Source: an uncultured candidatus Porisulfidus sp.
GTDB taxonomy: Bacteria; Pseudomonadota; Gammaproteobacteria; Poriferisulfidales; Poriferisulfidaceae
Length of the DNA stretch: 64,000 nt
NCBI GenBank assembly: GCA_965116025.1
Contig: OZ220480.1
Coordinates: 1,728,001 to 1,792,000, forward strand
Direction: 5' to 3'
Below, one piece after another: positions 32,037 to 42,068 of the stretch. The notes under the pieces are model-generated. The model worked only from the letters and a program-made list of their open reading frames with translations, was not told the DNA's origin and did no database searches. The position numbers and the translations under genes were made by a program. Each line of letters starts with the position of its first letter. Positions within the stretch are counted from its first letter, which is position 1.

Positions 32037-32579
32037 ATGGCCCGCAAGATTTTTCAAAAATATCTCCCTCGCTTCCACCGGGTGAGGGACCACCATACCC
32101 TTCGCCTGTTCGGGTCGGCGGCGCTGAAGGACAACCTGTGGCACCTCAACCGCCGCTCGGTCGCGCGCGCCTTCTCGATCGGCGTGTTCTGCGCGCTCCT
32201 CCCCGTTCCGGGACAAATGCCGCTGGCCGCCGCGCTCGCTATTCTGTTCGCCTCCAACCTTCCTCTCTCCGTCCTTCTGGTCTGGATCACGAATCCCGTC
32301 ACTATTCCTCCCATCTTCCTGACCTGCTATTGGATCGGCAGCTGGGCGCTCGGCACGCCCGAATACCATTTCGATTTCGAGTGGTCTTGGACCTGGTTCA
32401 CGGAAGAGCTGCACACCGTCGGCCTGCCCCTGCTCGTTGGCTCCCTGATCTGCGGCGCCATCGGCGCGGCGGTCAGCTACTGGGGAATCCTGCTGTACTG
32501 GCGATGGTACGTGGTTCGCGTCTGGCAGACCCGCCACAAACGCAGGGTCAAGAAGGTCCTGCACGACATCCTGGATTGA
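32037..32579 (+). CDS. DUF2062 membrane protein
   Basis: LWHLNRRSVARA, PVPGQM, VWITNPVT. Confidence 0.88.
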   Translation: MARKIFQKYLPRFHRVRDHHTLRLFGSAALKDNLWHLNRRSVARAFSIGVFCALLPVPGQMPLAAALAILFASNLPLSVLLVWITNPVTIPPIFLTCYWIGSWALGTPEYHFDFEWSWTWFTEELHTVGLPLLVGSLICGAIGAAVSYWGILLYWRWYVVRVWQTRHKRRVKKVLHDILD

Positions 32580-32584
32580 TCGAC

Positions 32585-33235
32585 ATGCCCGCGCTGCGCT
32601 CCACCGGCGTGCATGTGGCGCCCAGCGCGGCGTCGACCCAGCGAGAGCGCTTGCGACGCCTCGCCCAATCCCTTCGCCAATGCGCCCTATGCGCGGAGAA
32701 ATTCGAGTCGCTCGGGCACGCGCCGAGGCCGGTCGCGAGGCTATCGGCCACGGCGCGAATCTGCGTATGCGGACAAGCTCCTGGAACCTGCGTTCATCGC
32801 AGCGGGCTTCCTTTCGATGACCCGTCCGGAAAGCGCTTGCGCGACTGGATGGGCGTGGACGAAGAGACGTTCTACGACGCGAGGCGGGTCGTCACCTTGC
32901 CGATGGCGTTCTGCTTTCCTGGGCAAGACCCGCGCGGAGCGGACCTGCCCCCGCCAAAAATCTGCGGCGAGCGATGGCGCGCGCGCCTGCTCGATGCCAT
33001 GCCGCGGCTGGAGCTGTTTCTGCTGATCGGATTCCACGCGCAACGCTGGCATCTCGGCGATCAATGCCGAAACTCCCTGACCGCCAACGTGGCCGCTTGG
33101 GAAGAATTCTTGCCGTCGGGCAAACTCCCTTTGCCACACCCGTCCTGGAGGAATAACGGGTGGCTCCGGAAAAATGCTTGGTTCGAGAAACAGTTGCTCC
33201 CAGTTCTGAAGAAAGCGGTTCGGTCTCATCTATGA
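32585..33235 (+). CDS. Uracil-DNA glycosylase superfamily protein
   Basis: CALC, GQAPG, FDDPSGKRLRDW, PMAFCFPG, PLPHPSWRN. Confidence 0.88.
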   Translation: MPALRSTGVHVAPSAASTQRERLRRLAQSLRQCALCAEKFESLGHAPRPVARLSATARICVCGQAPGTCVHRSGLPFDDPSGKRLRDWMGVDEETFYDARRVVTLPMAFCFPGQDPRGADLPPPKICGERWRARLLDAMPRLELFLLIGFHAQRWHLGDQCRNSLTANVAAWEEFLPSGKLPLPHPSWRNNGWLRKNAWFEKQLLPVLKKAVRSHL

Positions 33236-33703
33236 GCGATCAGACTGAAAGCGGCTCATACCGCATGCAGGGCAAGGGCGGTACGCCCTCACCGATTTGG
33301 TACACTGGCGTGTAGCGTGAGTTGGTGACTAAGTTCGACCTGAAAGCATTGGAACGGCGCATGGATGAAATGGTGCTCAGTTATCAAAGCGGTATGGAGA
33401 ACGCGTGGCTTGGCTGCCCGCTCAAAGTATGGATGCCAATTTCCGATGGATAATGAACAAGCTCGGCAAAAACCCGAGAGAGCTTGGGTATCTTTTAGCT
33501 TCCATCGGCGGGATGAGGGACATCGTCAACGCGGCGTCGATTTACGTGGGCGTGAGATTGAGCCGTGACCGTTGTAAGAAGCGAACGAGGCATAGCGATT
33601 TCGTAGCCTCCGAATGGCGGGTTTGGCACTCATCACCAGGCCCGTGCTGGACCGGACGCATCAGTTCACGCCAATCCCACTATCGGGATAAACTCCCTCT
33701 CCA

Positions 33704-35944
33704 ATGAGCGCTCCCATGCGTGCACGGCCCCGAATCGTCGGATCCCAAGAGAAATTCGACCTCTCCATGCCCATTAGTAACGTGTCGCTCGCGCGGCCGC
33801 TTTTCGGGCCACGCGCGCTGGAAGACGACGATTTCCCCTTTGAAGATATCAGTTCCATCGCGACTCTGGAAAGCTGGAGGAAGGAAATCAACCGCCCTAC
33901 CTATCACATACACAAATGGTGGGCGCGACGGCTTGGAACGATCTTTCGCGCCATGATCCTAGGGGCCATGGCGCCTTCCGGCGCGGAAATCATGGACCTC
34001 TTCTATCGACCCGCGCGGCTGAAGAACGCGGTGATCTTCGACCCTTTCATGGGGAGTGGAACCACCATAGGAGAGGCGGCTAAGATGGGCGCGCGGGCGA
34101 TTGGGCGCGATATCAACCCAGTCGCGCGTTTTCTCGTTCGAAACGCCATGTCCCGCCATGATCGTCAAAAAATCTTGACGGAATTCGCTTTGATCGAACG
34201 AGACGTCTCCCCCAGCATTCGATCCTTCTACAAGACGTTCCTGCCGGATGGTCAGTCCGCGGAAGTTCTTTACTATTTCTGAGTCAAGGTCGTCCCTTGT
34301 CCCAACTGCCAGCATGGAGTCGACCTCTTCTCCTCTCGAATTTTCGCGCGGCATGCCGACGCGAAACGGAATCCTGAAGTTCGTTCGGTATGCCCCTCAT
34401 GCGGAGAGATCTGCACGTCGCTCCATGACGATGAAGAAGTCCACTGCAAGTCGTGCGGAGCGCGATTCGACCCACATTCCGGACCAGCGAACGGACAAAA
34501 AGCGATTTGTCCCGAATGTCATAGCAAGTTCCAGATCGCTCGGGCGATTCGAGAGACTGGACAGCCGCCCGAGCACAGGCTTTACGCGAAACTCGCGCTC
34601 CTCGAGGATGGCTCCAAGCGATACGTCGCCGCGATGAAGGAAGACCGAGAATCGTACGCTGCCGCCTCCCGTCAGCTCTCGGAGCGCGTCAATCCATATC
34701 CGATAGTGAATATCGAGCCAGGTCACAACACGAATCAAGCGCTCGGCTATAACTACCGATATTGGCATCAGATGTTCAACGACCGACAATTGCTGTGCCT
34801 ATCGATCTTGGCGGAGAGAATTCGCGACATTGACGAACCGGTTTCGCGCGAGCTGTTCGCTTGTCTCTTCTCGGGCGCGCTCGAATTCAACAATATGTTC
34901 GCCTCTTACAAAGGCGAGGGCACGGGCGCGGTGCGACATATGTTCGCGCATCATATCCTGAAGCCGGAGCGGACCCCACTGGAAGCGAATGTATGGGGAA
35001 CGCCCAAAAGCTCCGGCTCATTCATGACTCTGTTTAAGAGCCGTCTCTGCCGCGCGTTGAATTACGCGGATAATCCCTTCGAGCTTCGCCTAAAATCTCA
35101 AACCGGAAGAAAAAGCGGCGAAAAGGTTTTTGGCCTGTCGGACCAGATTGGCTTTGATCTCGCGAAAGATTACGCTGACTTCGCGTCCGGAAAGCGAGTC
35201 TATCTGTCGTGCGGCGATTCCAGTGGCACCGATTTGCCGGACCGGTCGGTCGACGCGGTCATTACCGATCCTCCATTTTTCGACAATGTCCACTACTCCC
35301 AGCTCGCCGACTTCTTCTACGTCTGGCAACGACACCTTCTGGGCCCAAGCGACTGCTTGGAAAGCCATACGACCCGGTCGTCAGCCGAGGTGCAGAATAC
35401 CGATGTCGATAAATTCGCGGATCGCCTTTCCGCCGTATGGTCCGAAGCGTATCGCGTTCTGAAAGACGATGGCGTCCTAGCGTTCACCTACCATCACTCG
35501 CGCCATGACGGCTGGCAAGCGATCCTCCGGTCCCTCCTCGCGGCCGACTTCGGCATTACGGCGGTCCAGCCAGTCAAGGCCGAAATGTCCGTAGCGGTAC
35601 CGAAACGCCAAGCGAAAGAGCCTATCAGCCTTGACGTGATTCTGGTCTGCCGCAAGAAATCCCAACTTCCCCGACAAGGATGTACCGAGGAGAATTCTTG
35701 GAGCGCGGTAACCCATGCCGCGGCGAGTCAGGTCAAGCGTCTGCGCGACAATGGCCACCGCCTAAGCAGGAGCGATGTCCGAGTGATCTTTATGGCGCAA
35801 CTTCTCCGGCGACTGGCCCGCGTTCCATGTCTCGACGAGGCACTGGCCTCTCTGGATAGCCTCTCTCCCAAGGTCGAGACGACTATCACCGCGTTGCACG
35901 ACGACGAGGCGAAAAGCCCTCTGGAATCGCCAACATGCTTTTAA
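33704..35944 (+). pseudogene. Zn-ribbon amino-DNA methyltransferase (DUF1156-like), interrupted by an in-frame TGA at 34280-34282
   Basis: IHKWWARR, FDPFMGSGT, YYF*VK, four CxxC pairs, TDPPFFDNV; ORFs 33704 and 34634 share a frame and the gap has no other stop. Confidence 0.85.
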
Positions 35945-36679
35945 GCTCAACCATCTTCAAGGAATGCGTGCAGGCTATTCGTGACGGGGCGCTCGTTGAG
36001 CGAGAGAATCGACGCGACAAAGAATTTCATTTTCAAAGATGGTTCAAAGCCCGGCTCGACCGGATTGGAGAGGATTTCAACGAGTCTGGACGGAATTCCT
36101 ATCCTGACTTTCAGTTCGTTCACCATGCGGAAGGCTATGAGGTTAAAGGGCTGGCATACCCCGGACGGGAAACCAGCTACGATTGCAATAGCCAGATTCC
36201 TCAAGGAGAGCATAAGCGAGCATCAGATTCTGTACGTGTTCGGGCGCTATCCGCGCGACCCTGATGGCGACAAATACCCGGTCTTTGATTTGGTCATATG
36301 CCATGGCGACTTTCTGAACGCTGATAACGCCTATGTTCACAAGAATAGCAGCTTTTGCGGCTTTGGAAACTATGGCGACATATTGGTTCGCGATAGAAAA
36401 ATGTACGTCGCTCCGACTCCCTTCGCGCTCGTGGAGGGGATGGCCCACCACCGAACGTTGATACTTCCAAAGAATATGCCAGCCGGTCCTGGCTTATGCG
36501 AAATCGCTATTCTGGTCAGGCGAGAAGCGGAGCGAATAATTGTGGCGTACGATTTCGATTTACAAACTAATGAACTCAACACGATCACCGCGACCAATCC
36601 GAACGCGAATCAGGAGCATACTTTCGTAGCCTACCGCGTGGATGGAGATCCGATGGAACCCGTGACGATGCGAGAATGA
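35935..36679 (+). pseudogene. Putative restriction endonuclease, frameshifted (+1) near 36215
   Basis: PD-(D/E)xK-like NSYPDF...GYEVKG in frame 1; QILYVFGRYP...RDRKMYV in frame 2; overlaps the MTase stop. Confidence 0.7.
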
Positions 36680-36749
36680 TCTTGATATGGAAAAATCGGC
36701 CCACCACGGCTGCATAAAATATTTTCCCTGCTGAATTGAAGAGTGACTC

Positions 36750-37118
36750 ATGCCCCAAGTGACTTCAAATCTGTCAAATGCTCTGTATAAAAGTGTGCGA
36801 TCTCACTCTAAGGCACAACATCTTTCTATAGCGGAAATTGTTCGCAGAAGCATCGAATACTACCTCGATAATCATGAGACGCTACCGGACTCTTTCAGAA
36901 AGTCGGCAAATTCTTACCGGGACAAGATCAAGGATGAGTCGCTCGATATAGACGATGAACAATATACGAATCTGATGAACGAGGTAGAACGTATGCGGAA
37001 TAGTGTGCAAGTGCTTGAAATCGAGGGCTTGCTTGACGCATTCAATGATTTTTCTGATGGGCTGACCGTGGCCCGAGCCAATCAAATTAAAAAACGAAAT
37101 GAAGCCGATTCGCATTAG
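36750..37118 (+). CDS. Ribbon-helix-helix (CopG-like) protein with acidic helical C-terminus
   Basis: MPQVTSNL...SIAEIVRRSIEYYL pattern; low GC. Confidence 0.6.
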   Translation: MPQVTSNLSNALYKSVRSHSKAQHLSIAEIVRRSIEYYLDNHETLPDSFRKSANSYRDKIKDESLDIDDEQYTNLMNEVERMRNSVQVLEIEGLLDAFNDFSDGLTVARANQIKKRNEADSH

Positions 37119-37182
37119 CAAGTATCAGTTCTCGAAATCGAATGTCCCACACAGATGCGATGCTATGGTCTGGCGATGACGC

Positions 37183-37398
37183 TTAGGCGAGTAAATCACG
37201 CTTGGCTTTCTCCCAATCAAGAATGGGATCATCAGGATCGCGGAGCCTCTCCAACGATATCGCGATGTCTTCGAAATCCTCGAGATGATTTCTAATCGCT
37301 TCACGAATAACCTCCACCCGACTCCATTTTTGCTGAGCGGCGGTAGAGTCCAGAGCCTGCAGCAGCAAATCAGGCAAACGCGCGGTTATTTGGCGCAT
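37183..37398 (-). CDS. RHH antitoxin-like protein (RelB/CopG type), no adjacent toxin
   Basis: MRQITARLP...SRVEVIREAI..LEDFED...LDWEKAK. Confidence 0.75.
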   Translation of the reverse strand: MRQITARLPDLLLQALDSTAAQQKWSRVEVIREAIRNHLEDFEDIAISLERLRDPDDPILDWEKAKRDLLA

Positions 37399-37404
37399 GA
37401 GGTC

Positions 37405-37493
37405 ACTCGCGAACGAGTCCCTAGGGGGTCAAATATAACGAATATTATCCCGCGGTCACCGCGCGTTCCTGCGACGCGCTCTCGCGAACGAGT
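37405..37493. promoter_or_regulatory. Two copies of CTCGCGAACGAGT (palindrome CTCG-N4-CGAG) flanking an AT-rich promoter-like stretch
   Basis: Copies at 37406-37418 and 37481-37493; AT-rich 37429-37449 between them. Confidence 0.5.
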
Positions 37494-37646
37494 AGCGGGA
37501 GCGACGCTCTCCCGACATGTGAATCTGGAAAATGCCGCATAACGCCCGAACTTCTTCCATTCTCACGCATAAGGATAGAAGTTGCCACGAAACGCTGTCA
37601 CCAGGCCCAAGGAAACCTCGCCGAATCTTTTCGACTGGCGACGCGA

Positions 37647-37874
37647 TCACGCGCGCTTTCCAGCCAGCCAGCGATAGGCGAAGACGAAGCATGCCTGGAT
37701 GTCTTCCCGCTCGAGAAATGGATATTCGCTGAGTATCGTCTCCACGTCGTCTCCCGCCGCCAGCTTTCCCAAGACATGTTCCACCGCGATCCGCGTGTCC
37801 CGGATGATTGGCTTGCCGCCAAAAACGTCGGGTCGGGTAGTGACGCGGTCCAGCAGTTCGGCTTCTTTTGTTAT
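37647..37874 (-). pseudogene. DUF433 (VapB45-like) antitoxin with ATA at the expected start
   Basis: Manual translation ITKEAELLDRVTTRPDVFGGKPIIRDTRIAVEHVLGKLAAGDDVETILSEYPFLEREDIQACFVFA; AGGAAAG upstream; absent from the ORF track. Confidence 0.8.
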
Positions 37875-38005
37875 GCGTCTTTCCTGTCCGTTCTTCCTAG
37901 GTTTCCGAACGCTGGATGATGCCGGTCACCGACCTGGGATCGGTTTCCGGGCCGCCATCGGATTAATGGAACCGGGGCGCGCGGGATTATCGCGCCGAGG
38001 CACCT

Positions 38006-38689
38006 TTACCATTCTCTGACCGCCCGCCCTTCCGACAAACGATATCCTACTTCCATCGCTTTCGCCAATGCCTTGTCGTGGGTGACCAACGCCAGCGCGC
38101 TTCCACGCTCAGCGTTCAACTCCCGCATGAGATCGAACGCCTCATGCGCCGTATGGGGGTCCAAATTGCCGGTCGGCTCGTCCGCCAGAACGATGTCGGG
38201 ATCCATGACCAGCGCTCGACATACCGCGACCCTTTGCCTTTCTCCGCCAGACAACTCGCCCGGGCGATGCTGCAGGCGGTCTTCCATATCCACTCTCCTT
38301 AGCAACTCCACGGCTTTCTCGCGCGACTCCTCGGGCGGAAGCCCTCCGATCAGAGGCGACATCATCACGTTTTCCAGGGCGGAAAACTCCGGCAAAAGAT
38401 GGTGCATCTGATACACGAAACCCAAGTTCCTGTTACGTAGTCGGGCCAATTCCGAGTCCTCCAGCGCATCCACGCGCCGTCCCCCGATCTCGATCACTCC
38501 GGAATCGGGGCGATCCAGGCCCGCGAGCAGGTGCAGCAACGTGCTTTTCCCGCACCCGGAGGTCCCGAAAATCGCCACGCTCTCTCCTCTCGGAATTTCC
38601 AGATTCAGGTCTCGCAAGACCTCCACACGAATCTTCCCGGAGCCGAATGATTTGCCCAGCCCGGAACAGCGAAGGACCGGGTCATTCAT
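38006..38689 (-). CDS. lolD: Lipoprotein-releasing ABC ATPase
   Basis: GTSGCGKS, GFVYQMHHLLPEFSALENV, LSGGERQR, ADEPTGNLD. Confidence 0.94.
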   Translation of the reverse strand: MNDPVLRCSGLGKSFGSGKIRVEVLRDLNLEIPRGESVAIFGTSGCGKSTLLHLLAGLDRPDSGVIEIGGRRVDALEDSELARLRNRNLGFVYQMHHLLPEFSALENVMMSPLIGGLPPEESREKAVELLRRVDMEDRLQHRPGELSGGERQRVAVCRALVMDPDIVLADEPTGNLDPHTAHEAFDLMRELNAERGSALALVTHDKALAKAMEVGYRLSEGRAVREW

Positions 38690-39932
38690 AGCGCAGGACC
38701 TCGGCCGGCATGACCTGGAGCACCTTGCGCGCGGGGTAGAGAGCGGCGATCACCGACAGAGCGATCGAGGCCCCGGCCGCGATCAGAACGTCTCCCCAGA
38801 GCAGCTGTGAGGGAATTTCGCTAATGTAGTAAACCTCTGGTGAGAAGAGCTTGAAACTAAACAGTTTCTCAATCAGCCCCACGACTACTTGAAGGTTAAG
38901 CGACAAGGCCACTCCGCCTCCGATTCCGAGCGCCGTGCCCCCGAGCCCGATGGCCAGTCCTTGCAGCATGAAGATCTGCAGCGTTCCGCGACGGGTCATG
39001 CCCAAGGTGCGAAGCACGGCGATATCGGAGCGTTTCTCCAGCACCGTCATCAGCAACGCGGAGATGATATTGAACGCCGCCACCAGCACGATCAGCATCA
39101 GCAGAAGGAACAGCATGGTCTTCTCCATTTGGACCGCCTTGAAGAATCCATTGTCCAGTTTCGACCAGTCCAGCACCCAGTAGCGCTTCCCCAACTCCTC
39201 GCGGAGCCGGTCGGCGAGCCATGGAGCCTTGAACAGATCTCGCAGGCGCGCCTTCACTCCGCCCACTTCGCCCTCACCTAGCGCCAGCGCTTGGCGAGCG
39301 TCGTCCAGATGCAGCAAGGCTAGATGGCGATCATAGGTTCGCATGTCCAGATCGAATATTCCGACCACCTCGAAACGCCGGAATTTTGGGAGAAGCCCAG
39401 CGATCGTGCTGGTCGCGCGCGGCACGATCAAGGTCACCTGGTCACCCACCCGCGCCTTCAGGTGCGCGGCCAACTCGTCCCCCAGCACGATTCGGTACGC
39501 GCCCGATTCCAGCTGGTCCAGGCTACCTTCGGCCATATGCCGGGCGATTCGCGACGTTCGCGTTTCCGGTTCCGGCAACATGCCGCGTAGTCCAACCCCG
39601 CTGACGCGATCCCGGAACAGCAACATCCCCTGCCCTTCGATAAACGGCGCGCTAGCGACTATTTCTGGGAACGTCTCCAGCCGTTCCGCCAGATCTTCCC
39701 AGTTCCGCAATCGCCGGCCCGGCTCGCTGACGCTGATATGAGACACCATTCCCAGCAATCGATCCCGAATCTCGGTATGAAACCCGTTCATGACGGACAT
39801 GACGGCGATCACCGCGGTCAACCCGAGCGCGATGCCTAGAGTCGAGACCAGCGAGATGAACGAGATGAAGCGATGCCGGTGGCGCGCCCGCAGATAGCGG
39901 AGACCGATGTACAGGGGGACTGGGAGGCTCAT
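38682..39932 (-). CDS. lolE: Lipoprotein-releasing permease (single LolC/E/F type)
   Basis: FISFISLVS, SVMNGF, VAAFNI, IAVLRTLG, PAEVLRYE. Confidence 0.92.
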   Translation of the reverse strand: MSLPVPLYIGLRYLRARHRHRFISFISLVSTLGIALGLTAVIAVMSVMNGFHTEIRDRLLGMVSHISVSEPGRRLRNWEDLAERLETFPEIVASAPFIEGQGMLLFRDRVSGVGLRGMLPEPETRTSRIARHMAEGSLDQLESGAYRIVLGDELAAHLKARVGDQVTLIVPRATSTIAGLLPKFRRFEVVGIFDLDMRTYDRHLALLHLDDARQALALGEGEVGGVKARLRDLFKAPWLADRLREELGKRYWVLDWSKLDNGFFKAVQMEKTMLFLLLMLIVLVAAFNIISALLMTVLEKRSDIAVLRTLGMTRRGTLQIFMLQGLAIGLGGTALGIGGGVALSLNLQVVVGLIEKLFSFKLFSPEVYYISEIPSQLLWGDVLIAAGASIALSVIAALYPARKVLQVMPAEVLRYE

Positions 39933-41116
39933 GGAACGCGCTGGTCAATGATCACTTGAACCGCCACGTTGGGGGCGACGTTGACGGGCCCTGCTTCTCC
40001 GAATAGGTCTCCGCTTCGTCGCTCAGCTAGCCCACTCTCGCTGATTCGCGCCAGCGTCATGACCTCGCTGGCCGTCGAGAGACTCATCTCAGGCAACATG
40101 GCGCGCGCGTCGTCCAATTCCACCCGCGCCGGAAGATCGCTGGCTTTTCCGCGCCAGATGGCCAGCGGCATGGGAGCGCCATCAACCCGGCGCGCATACA
40201 CGAACAAAGTCGCGTCCGGACTGTAGGAATCCGCGAGATCGGGAGCCACCGTCACTTCCACCTGCAGGGAAGCGCCGGCGGCGGGCTCGCCCGCCTCGAC
40301 GCGGGCCTCGGCTAGCCAGGCCTCGACCATGGCGCGCACTCCCTCCTCTTCTGGCGACAGAACCATGAGCAGCCGCTCCCAGTTTTTGATCGCCGCTTTC
40401 ACGTCCTCCCTTTGCCACGATGCCCATCCTGACAGCCAGAGGGCCTTCTGGTGGTTCGGGTCCAGTTCCAGCGCGCGCGCCAGATGGCCCATCGCCTCAT
40501 CCGAGAATCGATTCTCTCCCGCCATCGCCATCGCGTCCGCCAGCGCCGTAAGCGCCGAGGGGTCGGAGTATTCCAGCAGGGCGTTGGCATGCGTCCACGC
40601 GCTCACCGCCTCCTCGCCACGTTCCCGTTGGCGATAAAAATCTCCGAGTTCCGCCCAGACGCTCGCTTCTTCCGGGGTCTTCTCGACTTGTTGGAGCAAG
40701 CGCTCGTGGAGCGCTTCCACCCGCGCGTCCTCGTCCGGGGCTCCGCCGAAGACCGCGAAGCGCGTCAGCTCGCTGGACGCCAGCATGAGACCGATGCTCG
40801 CTGCCGCCACGCCCAAAGCTAGCGATCCCGCGGTCGCCACGCTTCGCCGGGTCAAGCCCGAGCGCGCGTCGTCCGCGTCCGCCACATCCTCGAGGAGGCT
40901 TCGGTCCAGCTCCGTCTCCGCCTCGCCAAACAGTTCTGGAGAAAGCCAGCCAATCTCGACATCCTCTTGCAACTCGTCCCGGCGCAAGTCGTACGCCTGC
41001 TTCAGAATTTCCCGCATGGACTCGGATCGTGGACGCTGCCGCGCCCACCATGGGTACAGGACGAAAATCAGCGCCAGCGCGAGTAGCGACAAGCATCCGA
41101 TGAAGAAACTCCACAT
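39929..41116 (-). CDS. ccmI: Cytochrome c biogenesis TPR protein CcmI/CycH
   Basis: N-terminal TM, TPR (ALELDPNHQKALW), C-terminal PMPLA...ARISESG. Confidence 0.88.
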   Translation of the reverse strand: MWSFFIGCLSLLALALIFVLYPWWARQRPRSESMREILKQAYDLRRDELQEDVEIGWLSPELFGEAETELDRSLLEDVADADDARSGLTRRSVATAGSLALGVAAASIGLMLASSELTRFAVFGGAPDEDARVEALHERLLQQVEKTPEEASVWAELGDFYRQRERGEEAVSAWTHANALLEYSDPSALTALADAMAMAGENRFSDEAMGHLARALELDPNHQKALWLSGWASWQREDVKAAIKNWERLLMVLSPEEEGVRAMVEAWLAEARVEAGEPAAGASLQVEVTVAPDLADSYSPDATLFVYARRVDGAPMPLAIWRGKASDLPARVELDDARAMLPEMSLSTASEVMTLARISESGLAERRSGDLFGEAGPVNVAPNVAVQVIIDQRVP

Positions 41117-41553
41117 CAATCCGACTCCCTCTCGAGCGTTTTCTTAAGGCGCTCGCGCTCCAGCTCGGACAGGTTTCGGGACGGTCGGGCGTGACCGCGG
41201 CGAACGCCGCGCAGCAGTAGCCAGACGGCGACCGCCAGAACCACGAACGGGCCAATCCACAAAGCGATCGTGCGCGCGGCCAAGGGAGGCCGATACAAAA
41301 TAAAATCACCATAGCGCGCCTGCAGGTGCGCGATGATCTCCTCGTCGCCCAGTCCTTGGTCAACCAGATCCCGAACACGGCCGCGGAGGTCCCCGGCCAA
41401 TTCCGCGCCGGAGTCGGCCAGCGATTGGTTTTGGCAAACCAGGCAACGCAGCTCATACAGGAGATTTCGATATCTCTCGTCCGCCGCATCGTCGTTGGAG
41501 CCGCTCACGCCGCTCGCGAACAGCAAGCAGAAGCCTAGGACGGCCTTCCTCAT
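41116..41553 (-). CDS. ccmH: Cytochrome c biogenesis CcmH/CycL
   Basis: LRCLVCQNQSLADS, RYGDFILYRPP. Confidence 0.94.
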   Translation of the reverse strand: MRKAVLGFCLLFASGVSGSNDDAADERYRNLLYELRCLVCQNQSLADSGAELAGDLRGRVRDLVDQGLGDEEIIAHLQARYGDFILYRPPLAARTIALWIGPFVVLAVAVWLLLRGVRRGHARPSRNLSELERERLKKTLERESD

Positions 41554-42068
41554 GGGACTTCTCCTTGGACGCGCGCCAGAATCTGTTCCCGATAAGAACG
41601 CTCATCCAGCGCGCCAATATGCTTGTAGCGAATCACTCCGTCTGGGTCCAGCAAGAACGTCTCCGGCACCTTGTACACGCCTAGCTCAATCCCCACGTCG
41701 CCGCGCTCGTCAAAGGCGCTGGCGCGGTATGGGTCGCCGTGTACCTGAAGCCAGCTTCGGGCCTCGGCGCGAGTATCCCGGTGGTTGATCCCGTACAACG
41801 CCAGTCGCCGCGACAAGCGAGTTAGAAGACTGTGCTCTTCCAGACAGGTCGCGCACCAGCTCGCCCACACGTTCAACAAAATCCACTCGCCGCGAAGCGT
41901 CGTGGAATCGAAGAAATCGTCAGCTGAGGCCACGCGCTCCGCCCGAAACTCCGGCAATGGCGATCCCACCAGAGGCGAGCTCACGCGCGAAGGATCGCGC
42001 GTCAGCCCGAATCCCAGCATGGCGACCAGCCCGACGAACGCGGCCACCGCCAGCCAGCCTCGGATCAT
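41550..42068 (-). CDS. ccmG: Thiol:disulfide interchange CcmG/DsbE
   Basis: NVWASWCATC, GVYKVPETF. Confidence 0.93.
   Translation of the reverse strand: MIRGWLAVAAFVGLVAMLGFGLTRDPSRVSSPLVGSPLPEFRAERVASADDFFDSTTLRGEWILLNVWASWCATCLEEHSLLTRLSRRLALYGINHRDTRAEARSWLQVHGDPYRASAFDERGDVGIELGVYKVPETFLLDPDGVIRYKHIGALDERSYREQILARVQGEVP

Noticed and set aside
31490-32584. 581-aa ORF as a long UDG fusion
   Set aside because: Its N-terminal part is an out-of-frame shadow of exbB and DUF2062; the UDG starts near 32585
33236-33703. Short ORFs and a fragment (LVTKFDLKALERRMDE) upstream of the MTase
   Set aside because: Broken by stops, and no family can be assigned from the sequence alone
34280-34282. TGA as Trp (alternative genetic code) or selenocysteine
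   Set aside because: TGA terminates many core genes here, often in ATGA overlaps, and the context suggests Trp rather than Cys
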